Shown here piece after piece: positions 51,038-61,017 of a stretch of 64,000 nt of DNA; the first letter of the stretch is position 1; each line of letters begins with the position of its first letter. A program made the position numbers and the translations under genes. The DNA lies in the NCBI GenBank assembly GCA_050506795.1, contig JBJHCF010000006.1, positions 1 to 64,000 of the forward strand. The letters are read 5' to 3'. Under the pieces are notes generated by a model that searched no databases, was not told the DNA's origin, and saw only the letters and a list, made by a program, of their open reading frames with translations. The stretch is from Opitutia bacterium. GTDB taxonomy: Bacteria; Verrucomicrobiota; Verrucomicrobiia; Opitutales; T3Sed10-336.

Positions 51038-52690
51038 ATGACTAGGACAGCATTGATATTGGCATTTTTAACCTTTCTGGCCTTGATTGCGGGCTATTCA
51101 CAGGAGGACACGGGGGCCACGGTTATAAGGATTGAGGCGTCGCATTCGGCGGATAATGTCACGGCGCTCTACAATGGCGTCACGGGGGAATCTTCGGGCG
51201 ATTACAACGTACCGCGTTTTACCTGGTGGGATCGCAAGGGGACGCGTGAATGGGTGAGTTACATCTTTGATCGCCCGGCGGAGGTTTCTTTGATTGAATT
51301 ACAATGGTTTGACGATACCGGACGGGGTCAGTGCCGGGTGCCGGCGTCGTGGCGGTTGCTCTACCGCGATGGGGGTAAGTGGAAAACGGTTCAGGTGAAG
51401 GGCTTGTTTGAGGTTACGGGCGATGAGATAATTGAGGTCGAATTTGAGCCGGTCACTGCAGACGGACTGCGGATCGAGGTTCAACTTCAGCCGGAATACT
51501 CGGGCGGCCTGTTGGCTTGGCATGTACCCGGATTGATGTTTCCCGGGAATACGTCACCGCCGTTCATGGTGAAGGAAGACTTATTTGATCATAGCAATGA
51601 AGACACGCTGGGCCTTTCTGTCGCTCCCGGCACGGAGACGATCACCATTTTCGCCCCGAACGATGACACGGATAAGTTCAGTCACGGCACTCAGCTTATG
51701 CCATTTAAGGGGCACCTTTACGCGATGTGGCAAAGTACACCTCGTCATGAAGATTCACCCGATTCATGGGTGGCCTACAGTCGCAGTCCAGACGGGAAGG
51801 AATGGGAGGACCCGATGGAGCTTGTAGCTGCAATGCCCGAAGGTGAACCGGGCTTCCGGTCCGGGGGCGGGTGGTGGACCAACGGTGAGGTTTTGGTGTC
51901 CTACATCCAGTGGGTTAGTGGATGGGGAGGTGGCGGGTGGCGTTATACTCAGTACATGACCAGCCTCGACGGGATCAACTGGAGTGAACTGAAGATGCTT
52001 GAAAATGATGCGGGCGAGCCGATAAATGGTGCGATGGAGGAAAGCGTGGCAAAAATGCCGGATGGACGCCTGTTGGTCAATTTTCAGGGAACAAGTGAAG
52101 ACAACACGAAACTAATAGTGATTCCCTATTATACAGACGATCCAAGCGGATTGAGCGGCTGGACACCGGCCGAATTGCCCTTGTTGCCGTCCAGCGGCGG
52201 GCAGGCACGAGGCCTTGAGCCGAGTTGGTTTATGAGACCGGACGGTTCGATTGTGAATATTTTTCGCGATCAGCACGAAACCTTCCGTCTGTTGGCCTCC
52301 GTGAGTGAAGATCGAGGAGAAACGTGGAGCGAAAAGGCGCTGACTAACATGCGGGATTCTCGCTCGATGCAGGCGGCTGGCAACCTGCCGGACGGTACGG
52401 CTTACATTATTAACAATCCTGTCGAGCACTCGAGGCGGCTCCCGTTGACGGTGACCCTGAGCAGGGACGGAATCCATTTTGATCGGGCCTACCTTCTGCG
52501 GGGGAAAAGCGATCTTCAGCCGCAGCGGTATTCGGGAAGGGCGAAAGGGCAAGGCTACAGTTACCCGGGGCGGCTGGTGTGGAACGGCTATCTGTATGCA
52601 AGCTACGCGACCAACAAAGAGGATGTTGAGATCACTCGGGTGCCTCTCGAATCACTGATCTTCAAGGAAGAAGCGAAATTTTCTGAATGA
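51038..52690 (+). CDS. BNR_2 sialidase-fold protein with N-terminal discoidin/CBM-like domain
   Basis: WFDDTGRGQCRVPASW domain; SPDGKEW, SLDGINW, SEDRGETW; GYSYP. Confidence 0.85.
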   Translation: MTRTALILAFLTFLALIAGYSQEDTGATVIRIEASHSADNVTALYNGVTGESSGDYNVPRFTWWDRKGTREWVSYIFDRPAEVSLIELQWFDDTGRGQCRVPASWRLLYRDGGKWKTVQVKGLFEVTGDEIIEVEFEPVTADGLRIEVQLQPEYSGGLLAWHVPGLMFPGNTSPPFMVKEDLFDHSNEDTLGLSVAPGTETITIFAPNDDTDKFSHGTQLMPFKGHLYAMWQSTPRHEDSPDSWVAYSRSPDGKEWEDPMELVAAMPEGEPGFRSGGGWWTNGEVLVSYIQWVSGWGGGGWRYTQYMTSLDGINWSELKMLENDAGEPINGAMEESVAKMPDGRLLVNFQGTSEDNTKLIVIPYYTDDPSGLSGWTPAELPLLPSSGGQARGLEPSWFMRPDGSIVNIFRDQHETFRLLASVSEDRGETWSEKALTNMRDSRSMQAAGNLPDGTAYIINNPVEHSRRLPLTVTLSRDGIHFDRAYLLRGKSDLQPQRYSGRAKGQGYSYPGRLVWNGYLYASYATNKEDVEITRVPLESLIFKEEAKFSE

Positions 52691-52694
52691 CGGC

Positions 52695-54338
52695 ATGACG
52701 GCAATATTAGAAAAGCAACTAATTCTTCGGAGCCATAAACTCGCCGGTGGGGAAAATGAACGCTGGTATGAAACCAGGATTCCATTCTTCACATGCCCGG
52801 ACCCAGTTTTCGAAAAGCTGTGGTATTACCGATGGGAGGTTGTGCGGCGACACCTGAAGTTTGTATCGGATGAGGTTGGATATATTTTTACGGAATTCCA
52901 GGGTGATGAGGCATTTTATTGGGCAGGGGAGTTTAACACAATTGTCGCCGCATCGGATCATCACGTCAACGAAGCCCGTTGGTTGCGGGACCCACAATAC
53001 GTCCAACAGTACATGCGTTTCTGGCTGACGCATCCGGGAGCGCAACCGCAGAGTTACAGTTCGGCCCTCGCGGACAGCATCTGGCGGATTCTCGAAGTCC
53101 ATGGCGGCATGATATTTGCTTCGGATCTGATTGACTCACTGATCGCAAATCATCGGCGATGGATCAAAGGGAGAGTGGCCTATCCTCATGACAACGGCTA
53201 TAATTCAAAGCGGGGGTTGTTTTGGAACACCGGACGTGATTCGACGGGTGAATACAATTTGCCATCTGCCCAGTTGAACGAGCCATTGCGTGGGATCCAG
53301 GGATACAAGATCCGCGGAGGCGCTGGTTATCGACCGGATAATAACGCCGATATGTACGCGGACGCCTTGGCGATCAGTCGAATTGCGGAGCTGGCGGGAC
53401 GCTACGATGAGGCACAGGAGTTCGCGGATCGTGCGAAGATGCTCAAATATAACGTGCAGGAGAACTTGTGGGATCCTTCGCGAGAGTTTTTCGTGCACAG
53501 GTGGCTGCGCGACGAATATTCCGAGGCGGACCGGCACGGCGCACCGAGTATTCGCGCCGGCAGCATGATCTGGGAGACGAACGCGGATCGTTTTGGAGGA
53601 GTGGGGCACCAGTCCCATGAGAGGGGAGAAGGGCGGGGACGGGAGTTGGTCGGTTATTTGCCATGGTATCGAGGGCTGCCTGACGACGAGCCGAAATATG
53701 CCAGCGCTTGGCGGTATTTGCTCGATACGGAGTACTTTTATGCGCCGTTTGGCCCGACGACCGCGGAGCGACATGACCCGTGGTTTGACATTCAGTATGA
53801 TTGCCGGACCAACGGCAATAGTTTCCCGCTCAACACCAGTCGCGTTTTGAACGGGCTTGCAAATCTCCTGCACGATTACAAACATCATGGGGTCCTGACG
53901 GAGAAAGCGTACTTCGATCTCTTGAGTATCTACGCCCGAACCCAATACCGCGATGGCAAGCCTTATCTCGCGGAGTTTCATCATCCCGACAAGGATTGCT
54001 GGACTGTGGATCGGCCGATCGGAAAGCACTATTTCCATAGTAGTTTTTGCGACCTTATTATTACCGGACTGATCGGATTGCGCCCTCGTGCCGATGGCGG
54101 ATTCAGTGTTCGGCCTCTGACCGGCGATGCATGGGATTACTTTGTCCTGGAAGATTTGCCGTGGCAAGGGCATCGACTTAGCATTGTGTACGACCGCGAC
54201 AATTCACGCTACGGGCGAGGGCAAGGCTTAACAGTCTGGGTCGATGGGCAGTGCACAGCCCAAGCGCCGGACTTGAGGTTGCTTGAAATTGATGTGGAGT
54301 CGCCCGATCATCCAGCAGCAGTTGTGGTCCGAGGATAA
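52695..54338 (+). CDS. (alpha/alpha)6 glycoside hydrolase, MGH1-like / GH142-like
   Basis: IPFFTCPD..WYYRW..TEF..HHVNEARWLRD; RELVGYLPW; GPTTAERH; HYFHSSFCDLIITGLIG; no clear signal peptide. Confidence 0.75.
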   Translation: MTAILEKQLILRSHKLAGGENERWYETRIPFFTCPDPVFEKLWYYRWEVVRRHLKFVSDEVGYIFTEFQGDEAFYWAGEFNTIVAASDHHVNEARWLRDPQYVQQYMRFWLTHPGAQPQSYSSALADSIWRILEVHGGMIFASDLIDSLIANHRRWIKGRVAYPHDNGYNSKRGLFWNTGRDSTGEYNLPSAQLNEPLRGIQGYKIRGGAGYRPDNNADMYADALAISRIAELAGRYDEAQEFADRAKMLKYNVQENLWDPSREFFVHRWLRDEYSEADRHGAPSIRAGSMIWETNADRFGGVGHQSHERGEGRGRELVGYLPWYRGLPDDEPKYASAWRYLLDTEYFYAPFGPTTAERHDPWFDIQYDCRTNGNSFPLNTSRVLNGLANLLHDYKHHGVLTEKAYFDLLSIYARTQYRDGKPYLAEFHHPDKDCWTVDRPIGKHYFHSSFCDLIITGLIGLRPRADGGFSVRPLTGDAWDYFVLEDLPWQGHRLSIVYDRDNSRYGRGQGLTVWVDGQCTAQAPDLRLLEIDVESPDHPAAVVVRG

Positions 54339-54429
54339 CAGCTTGTGAAAGTAATAAATTTGGCCTTGCGAAGGCCAATCCTGCAATGGGCCGTGCCCGA
54401 TTGAATATAGGTGAAGACGCATTGATTTT

Positions 54430-55644
54430 ATGATACTAAACACACGACTCAAACGATTGCTAAGGGTGCATTTATTAATCGCTTCTCTTTCGGCGCATTT
54501 TGTCATTGAGGGGGCAGAATTGCCCGGTGACCGAGAAGCTCCCTTCACAGTTGCGGAAGGACTGTTCGATGCTGATCAACATCCGCATTATGGGCTAGGA
54601 CGGGCGCCGGGAGCAGAGACTATTACCATTTTCGCGCCTCGCGACGACACCGACAAATTTTCTAACGGCGTGCAGGTGTATCCTTTCAATGGGTGGCTTT
54701 ACGCACAGTGGCAGAGCACCCCACGGCACGAGGACACTCATGACGGACGGGTCGTTTGGAGCCGCAGTCGTGACGGGAAAAACTGGGAGGAACCACGCGA
54801 ATTGGCTCGTCAGCCTGAGGAGGGTGGTCTGATGCGGAGCGGCGCGGGTTTCTGGTCAGACGGAAACTCTTTGGTGGCCTATTTTCAGCGGGTGGACAGT
54901 TGGTATCCCGGCACGATTAAAATGACGGAAGCCCGCATTACCTTGGACGGTGAAAACTGGTCGCCAATTCAACGGGTCAGCGATACACTGGTGGTGGCGG
55001 AGAACATCAAGGAACTTGAGAGCGGACGGTTGTTGACGGGCGTGCATACGCATTTGCCCGGCAGTACAAGAATGTATGGGGTGATTGCCTATACTGACCA
55101 GCGCGATGGGTTGGGGGGATGGCGGATGGCGGAAATGCCGCAGCCTGACTCGGCCCATCCCCGCTATGGTAGGGGGATCGAACACAGCTGGTATCGGCGA
55201 TCGGACGGACAACTGGTGATGGTCTTTCGCGATATGAATCGTTCCGGTTATCTCCTCGCAAGCGAAGGAACGAATAATGGCGAGCACTGGACTGCGCCGG
55301 TGCGTACAGAAATGCCAGATTCTAATTCAATGCAATGCGCCGGCAACCTTCCGGATGGGACCGTATTCATCGTGAATAACCCGACTCGGAACCAAGGTCG
55401 CGTGCCGCTGACCATTACGCTTAGTGCAACTGGTGAATATTTCGACCGGGCATACATCGTGCGTGGAGCCGACGATTTACAACCGCGGCGATACGACGGG
55501 CGACACAAAGATCCTGGATACTCTTATCCTGGTGCGGTGATCTGGGGCGACCATCTCTACATTGCCTATGCGACAAATAAGGAAGACGCGGAAGTTACCC
55601 GCATTCCGCTGGCTTCCCTGAAAGTAAACGGCGATCGGAAATGA
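54430..55644 (+). CDS. BNR_2 sialidase-fold protein (paralog of 51038)
   Basis: ETITIFAP.DDTDKFS; WQSTPRHED; AGNLPDGT; GYSYPG; YATNKED. Confidence 0.85.
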   Translation: MILNTRLKRLLRVHLLIASLSAHFVIEGAELPGDREAPFTVAEGLFDADQHPHYGLGRAPGAETITIFAPRDDTDKFSNGVQVYPFNGWLYAQWQSTPRHEDTHDGRVVWSRSRDGKNWEEPRELARQPEEGGLMRSGAGFWSDGNSLVAYFQRVDSWYPGTIKMTEARITLDGENWSPIQRVSDTLVVAENIKELESGRLLTGVHTHLPGSTRMYGVIAYTDQRDGLGGWRMAEMPQPDSAHPRYGRGIEHSWYRRSDGQLVMVFRDMNRSGYLLASEGTNNGEHWTAPVRTEMPDSNSMQCAGNLPDGTVFIVNNPTRNQGRVPLTITLSATGEYFDRAYIVRGADDLQPRRYDGRHKDPGYSYPGAVIWGDHLYIAYATNKEDAEVTRIPLASLKVNGDRK

Positions 55645-57272
55645 CCACCTTTGTCACGATTCTCGCGACGAGTGAGACCGGGGGAGTCACGATGCGAACT
55701 CCTGATCTTGTGGTGCTTGTTTTTTTTCTGGTTGGTATTTTGGCCCTGGGATTTTATTGCGCAAAGCGAAACGACACAACCGAGGAATACTTTCTCGGAT
55801 CACGCGCTTTTCCCGGTTGGGCGGTCGGCCTTTCAATGGTCGGCACCTCCATCAGTTCGGTCACCTTTCTGGCCCTACCGGCGGCGGCATTCGTTCTGGA
55901 TTGGCGGCAGTTGACTCCCAACTTAATGCTTCCGTTCGTGATGATTGTGGCTGTTGCCTTCTTTATTCCCATTTTTCGACATGGTAAGAGGACGTCCGCG
56001 TTCGAGTATTTGGAAAACAGGTACGGTCCGGTGGTCCGACTTTACGGATCGATGAGCTTTCTTATTCTTCAGGTACTGCGTCTGGGGACTGTTCTTTATC
56101 TGGTCTCGATACCGGTGGCGGCGTTGAGCGGCTTTCACATCATCACTGTCATCCTGATTGGAGGGGTTTGCATTACGCTTTACACTGTATTGGGTGGAAT
56201 TGCCGCGGTGATTTGGACGGATGTGGTCCAGACAGTCGTTCTTTTCTTCGGTGGAATCTTCGCAATCGGTTACATGCTGTATGCGATTCCGGGAGGCATG
56301 GGGGAGGTCTTTTCGGCCGGAATGGCCGATGGGAAATTTAGTTTCGGGCCTACCGATTTCACGATCAGCGAGCGCACGCTCTGGGTGATGATGATGGCGG
56401 GCGTCTTTACTTTCGGAACTGAGTACGCCGGTAATCAGAACGTGGTGCAGCGATACCTCGCGTCGAGCTCGACCCGGGAGGCGCGGAAAGCAACGATCAT
56501 TTGTGCCGCTTCTTCCGTGCCGTTGTGGACGGCGTTCTTTTTTCTCGGGACGAGTCTTTATGTGTATTACACGCACTTTCCGGATCCGGCTGTTGGGGCG
56601 ATGCACGCCGACGAAGTACTGCCGTATTTTATTTTGACCAGCATACCGGCCGGGGTTGCAGGACTGATTTTGGGGGGCTGTATTGCCGCGGCAATGTCAT
56701 CGCTAGATTCGAGTATCAATGCGATTTCGACGATCACCAGCATTGATGTTTTGAAACGCTGGCTGAAGCGGAATGAGTCCGATTCCTTTTACCTGGGGAT
56801 GGCGCGTTGGTTTGCGCTTGGTGCTGGCGGTTTGATGATCGGCGGAGCGATCACATTCCATTACATTCCGCGGGAAAGTGTGAACGATCTGCTGCTCATC
56901 ATCAGCGCGTTCTTTACCGGCTCGCTGTTAACCCTCTTTCTGCTGGGCTTTTTTACCCGGCGCGTTGGCTACAAGGCGGCGGTTGCGGGAATGGTGACGG
57001 GAATCGTTGTTAACTTGTATCTGGTATTGAACGCGCTGGGGTTCCTTCCTGAGGCTATGAGGATTGATGTTCATTCCTATATGGTGAATATTTTGGTCAA
57101 CCTGGTTGCGGCCTTGGTGGCGTACCCGCTCGGTGCCCTATTGTGGGCGTGGAAGATTGATCGGGATCAGGACCTGACCGGGTTGACGGTTTGGACCCTA
57201 GAGGGGACCGACGATGTTCGGGCGGCCGACGGGCGCCTGCAGATTCAGGCTGTAGATAAAGGCACTGAGTAA
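55641..57272 (+). CDS. Sodium:solute symporter (SSS) family sugar/sugar-acid transporter
   Basis: Multi-TM; SAFEYLENRYG; GGIAAVIWTD; NQNVVQRYL; AAAMSSLDS. Confidence 0.93.
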   Translation: MTTFVTILATSETGGVTMRTPDLVVLVFFLVGILALGFYCAKRNDTTEEYFLGSRAFPGWAVGLSMVGTSISSVTFLALPAAAFVLDWRQLTPNLMLPFVMIVAVAFFIPIFRHGKRTSAFEYLENRYGPVVRLYGSMSFLILQVLRLGTVLYLVSIPVAALSGFHIITVILIGGVCITLYTVLGGIAAVIWTDVVQTVVLFFGGIFAIGYMLYAIPGGMGEVFSAGMADGKFSFGPTDFTISERTLWVMMMAGVFTFGTEYAGNQNVVQRYLASSSTREARKATIICAASSVPLWTAFFFLGTSLYVYYTHFPDPAVGAMHADEVLPYFILTSIPAGVAGLILGGCIAAAMSSLDSSINAISTITSIDVLKRWLKRNESDSFYLGMARWFALGAGGLMIGGAITFHYIPRESVNDLLLIISAFFTGSLLTLFLLGFFTRRVGYKAAVAGMVTGIVVNLYLVLNALGFLPEAMRIDVHSYMVNILVNLVAALVAYPLGALLWAWKIDRDQDLTGLTVWTLEGTDDVRAADGRLQIQAVDKGTE

Positions 57273-57386
57273 TAGGTGCGCCCTGATGGGCAAGAATCGG
57301 ATCAGAGCGGGTGCCGGAACGCATCGACGGACCTGCTTACCCGTCCGCAGAGCCTTGACTTGACTTCAGGTTCTATCGCTTCAGGA

Positions 57387-57401
57387 TGGAATTCCACGAG
57401 A
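57387..57401 (+). promoter_or_regulatory. Putative GntR autoregulatory operator
   Basis: TGGAATTCCA palindrome plus CGAGA, just downstream of TTGACT boxes and upstream of gntR. Confidence 0.55.
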
Positions 57402-57411
57402 TTCAATTAAT

Positions 57412-58125
57412 GTGAAGAAGAAGTCTATGGAGATGTTAAGTCAGAAAGCATATGATTATATTTATAAAAGGATCATAAATAATGAGTTAAAGCCTGGGGA
57501 GAAGGTTTCTGAGCTGGCTTTGGCCGGTGAGTTGGGAATCAGTCGCACGCCGGTTGGTGAAGCGATTCAGCGTTTGGCCAGGCAAGGTTTGCTGGAGCAG
57601 GTGCCGAGGCAGGGGACGATTGTCCGGCAGATCGGGCAGAGGGATTTACATGAGATTTACCAGCTGCGCGAAGCGCTTGAGAGCAGCGCGGCCGCCTGGG
57701 CCGCGGCGCAGATCAAGGATTTTCAGTTGCGGAAACTTCAGGTTCTTTTGACATCGATGCGGCAACTTGTTGAGGATGCTTTGGGAGCGGACCTGACGAC
57801 ACTTGACATGCCGCGGATTAGGGAATTTCAGCGTTGGGACCGGGCTTTCCACATGACGATCGTGGAAGCGGCGGACAACAAACGGATGGTGGAGGTAGTG
57901 AGCGACACACGCGTGATTGCGGACACCTTCCGGCTTCGCTGCCGTGAATCAGAGATTTCCATGGCGCAGGGAGCGGTTTCGTATCACAAGAAGATTCTGG
58001 AAGGACTGGAGGCTGGCGATGCGACGGCGGCCCGCCGCGCGATGCGCGAACACATTAACCAAGGTTGGGAGGAGACGCTCTCTCATTTCGATTTACTCGT
58101 GGTGGATGCCGGGGAAGGAAGTTAA
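57412..58125 (+). CDS. GntR family regulator (FCD domain)
   Basis: LKPGEKVSELALAGELGISRTPVGEA; LREALES; AFHMTI; AMREHI. Confidence 0.93.
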   Translation: MKKKSMEMLSQKAYDYIYKRIINNELKPGEKVSELALAGELGISRTPVGEAIQRLARQGLLEQVPRQGTIVRQIGQRDLHEIYQLREALESSAAAWAAAQIKDFQLRKLQVLLTSMRQLVEDALGADLTTLDMPRIREFQRWDRAFHMTIVEAADNKRMVEVVSDTRVIADTFRLRCRESEISMAQGAVSYHKKILEGLEAGDATAARRAMREHINQGWEETLSHFDLLVVDAGEGS

Positions 58126-58267
58126 CTTTTTCAGTTTGGAAGTGAGGTCCGGTTTCCTGGAATTCCCCGCTCCGTCGCAACAGCTATATGTTTTCTTGCC
58201 ATAGGAATCCCGGAGTGTAAATTGGTCTACCTGTACCCTTTCTGAGAGAGAAGAAGCTGGCCTACAA

Positions 58268-59353
58268 GTGACAAGCAAAAGGTATCCAACGCTTAAAGAC
58301 ATTGCTAAACGGGCGGACGTATCGGCGTCAACCGTATCGGCTGTTCTGAACCATAAGCAAGTGGAACGAGGAATTCCCGAGAAAACCGCCCAAAAGGTCC
58401 TCAAGGTGGCTCGTGCTCTTGGGTATGTTCCCAACCTTGCCGCCCGCAGGCTTCGCGATCGCAAGAACGGCGTCCAACGGATTGTTGTGGCGATTCTCAC
58501 CTCCTACGAGGCGCCCCTGCGTTTGGTGAGCCAGGCCCTCCAGGCCCTCGAAGAAGTGATAAATGAGCGGGCGCCTTCGGGATTCGCCTTTTCGGTTAGA
58601 ATCGAGATGTTTCATGCTGGCCGCCTCAAGGAACTTCCCGATCTCATTGAAGGAACGCGCTTTAACGGTGTTATAATCACAAATACGGTAGCTGCGGATG
58701 ATGATTTTCTGGCCAGAGCGAGGCTTCGGTTTCCCGTGGTTTTATTGGGACGCTCGATTCCCGGTTATTCGAGTGTCAGTGAGAAGCCGGGCGAGTTGGG
58801 AGAGCGAGTGGCGGAAGTATTTGCATCCATTGGGCGCCGGAAGCTTGCCGTCTTGTGTCCTCGTTTGTTGACGCAGGCGACGAAAGGGCGCCTGACCGCC
58901 TTTATGGATGCCGCTTTTCGGATTACCGGGGAATTTCCAGTTAAGATTGAGTGTCTCAGTTTGAGTGTAAAGGGTGGATACGAAGGTTTGGTGGCCTATC
59001 TGGGAGTGGGGGGGCATTGCGACGGATTGTTCGCCGTGACGGATAGTTTGGCAATCGGCGCCTACCACGCGATCAAGGAGAACGGCCAAACCATCCCCAC
59101 AGACATCGCGGTGATCGGAATGGGTGATCATGAGGCGAGCGCTTTCCTGGATCCGCCCTTGACCAGCTTCAGCCATGTGCAATATGCGTTGACCCGGAAG
59201 GCTGCGGAAAACCTGCTGGCGATACTTTGGGGAGAACAGAGAACACCAATGAGAGTCGAAGTCCCCGTCGTCGGTCGCCTGCGAGAATCCACCGGCCATC
59301 GGGCAGAGCCTGGCGGAATCAAAACGCCGGTCGCAAGCCGCATCCGCTTATAG
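58268..59353 (+). CDS. LacI family transcriptional regulator
   Basis: PTLKDIAKRADVSASTVSAVLN; LGYVPN; IPTDIAVIG; PPLTS. Confidence 0.93.
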   Translation: MTSKRYPTLKDIAKRADVSASTVSAVLNHKQVERGIPEKTAQKVLKVARALGYVPNLAARRLRDRKNGVQRIVVAILTSYEAPLRLVSQALQALEEVINERAPSGFAFSVRIEMFHAGRLKELPDLIEGTRFNGVIITNTVAADDDFLARARLRFPVVLLGRSIPGYSSVSEKPGELGERVAEVFASIGRRKLAVLCPRLLTQATKGRLTAFMDAAFRITGEFPVKIECLSLSVKGGYEGLVAYLGVGGHCDGLFAVTDSLAIGAYHAIKENGQTIPTDIAVIGMGDHEASAFLDPPLTSFSHVQYALTRKAAENLLAILWGEQRTPMRVEVPVVGRLRESTGHRAEPGGIKTPVASRIRL

Positions 59354-59395
59354 CGAGTTTCAACCGTAGAAAACTATCGATTTTTCCAAAAAACA

Positions 59396-59444
59396 TTGAC
59401 ACGGCAAGGCCGATTTTACTAATTTACACCAACGTTGTAGTAAA
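59396..59444 (+). promoter_or_regulatory. Sigma-70-like promoter with overlapping LacI-type operator
   Basis: TTGACA-N18-TAATTT; palindrome TTTAC-AC-CAACGTTG-TA-GTAAA at 59423-59444. Confidence 0.62.
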
Positions 59445-59576
59445 CTGGGTTTTTCTTCTCAAATCTGGCCTTGGATTCGTGAAATTACTATTCGGTTGCT
59501 CATCCAATGAGCCTCATCGAGGGATCACTTTTATTGGCCTTTTTTGCTTTTGCACATATTTGAATAAAAGGTAGGT

Positions 59577-60974
59577 ATGCATATAAAAAGCATTGTATCA
59601 GCGACGAATTTTTCATCCAGTGCCGATCGAATTCGGGGGCTTATGTTGCTTGGCGCTATTGCTCTTATTGTCAGTGGATGCAACACACCGAGTATCGGTC
59701 AGAGTGAGTACTCAACCTATCGTTACTTTAACGTAAGCGACGAAGAGGGGAGAGTCGGGCAGATCCAGCCCATTCCATCCTTGAACCCACCTCTTTGGGC
59801 TGCCGGGGTTGTGCAGGAGAAGCATGATTGGTCTTTGGTCGACCCGGACGAGCCTTATTTCAAAGGTCCGGTCCCTTTTGTGGTCTCTCCGTTGGAAGAA
59901 AGTGACGAGCCATTCTACGGACACAATCACCAACCCGATATCGCATGGCTTCCCAACGGGGACCTGATAGCGATTTGGTACACCACGAAGCAGGAGCACG
60001 GCACGGAGTTGACGGTCCTAGCGAGTCGATTGCGAGCCGGCGGGGATGAATGGGATCCGGCTTCGGAATTCTTCAAATCAGACGATAGAAATATGCATGG
60101 CAACAGTCTCTTCTATGATGATGCGACCGGCCTCCTTCATCATCTCAACGGCATGGGGAGAAAGGGAACGACCGGATGGGAACACCTCGCGCTTCTGCAC
60201 CGTTATAGCAGAGATAGCGGGGTTACGTGGTCTGTCGCTCGTCCGGTCTCATCAGGAGCGACTTACCAGAGGCGTCACCAGGTGATTTCCGGGATCGTCC
60301 GCAGTCCGGACGGCATTTTGATACAGCCGTGTGACGCCACTCCGCATATGGAAGGTCCCACGGCAATTCATATCAGCCGGGATGGCGGCGAAACGTGGAG
60401 TGATCCAGGAGGTGATATTCGCGGAATTCACGCCGGGATCGAGGTCATGGACGATGGAGAGTGGCTTGCCTTTGGTCGCGGGCAAGCGATTGACGGGCGG
60501 ATGCCAAAAAGCGTTTCCCGGGATATGGGCGAAACCTGGGAATATTCGGCGACGGAGTTTCCGGTCATTGGCGGCGGTCAGCGCCTGGTGCTGATGCGTT
60601 TGACCGACGGGCCGCTCTTATTGGTTTCTTTTACTGAGCCGAGTGCCACCGAAGGCCGGAATCCCAGCCGAGGCATGGAGTTTGTCGACAGCAACGGAGA
60701 CACCTTTGTCGGTTATGGCATGTATGCGGCTCTTTCCTATGACCAGGGTAACACATGGCCTGTGCGCAAGCTTTTAACCCCGGGTGAAGGCACCTATGAT
60801 GGACACGCCTGGACCGGGGAGTTTGAGGCCACTGTGACGCGGGCTGAACACGCCGGTTACCTGGCGGCGACGCAAACTCCTGATAACATCGTTCATTTGA
60901 TTTCGAGCGGATTGCACTATCGCTTCAACCAAAAATGGATCGAGACCCCGGCCGCGGGCATTGCGGAGGAATAG
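59577..60974 (+). CDS. BNR sialidase-fold lipoprotein
   Basis: Lipobox IVSGC; SRDSGVTW, SRDGGETW, SRDMGETW, SYDQGNTW. Confidence 0.85.
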   Translation: MHIKSIVSATNFSSSADRIRGLMLLGAIALIVSGCNTPSIGQSEYSTYRYFNVSDEEGRVGQIQPIPSLNPPLWAAGVVQEKHDWSLVDPDEPYFKGPVPFVVSPLEESDEPFYGHNHQPDIAWLPNGDLIAIWYTTKQEHGTELTVLASRLRAGGDEWDPASEFFKSDDRNMHGNSLFYDDATGLLHHLNGMGRKGTTGWEHLALLHRYSRDSGVTWSVARPVSSGATYQRRHQVISGIVRSPDGILIQPCDATPHMEGPTAIHISRDGGETWSDPGGDIRGIHAGIEVMDDGEWLAFGRGQAIDGRMPKSVSRDMGETWEYSATEFPVIGGGQRLVLMRLTDGPLLLVSFTEPSATEGRNPSRGMEFVDSNGDTFVGYGMYAALSYDQGNTWPVRKLLTPGEGTYDGHAWTGEFEATVTRAEHAGYLAATQTPDNIVHLISSGLHYRFNQKWIETPAAGIAEE

Positions 60975-61017
60975 AGCAGGGGAGAATTGCAGGAACGGAT
61001 TGCCACTCATAAATTTT

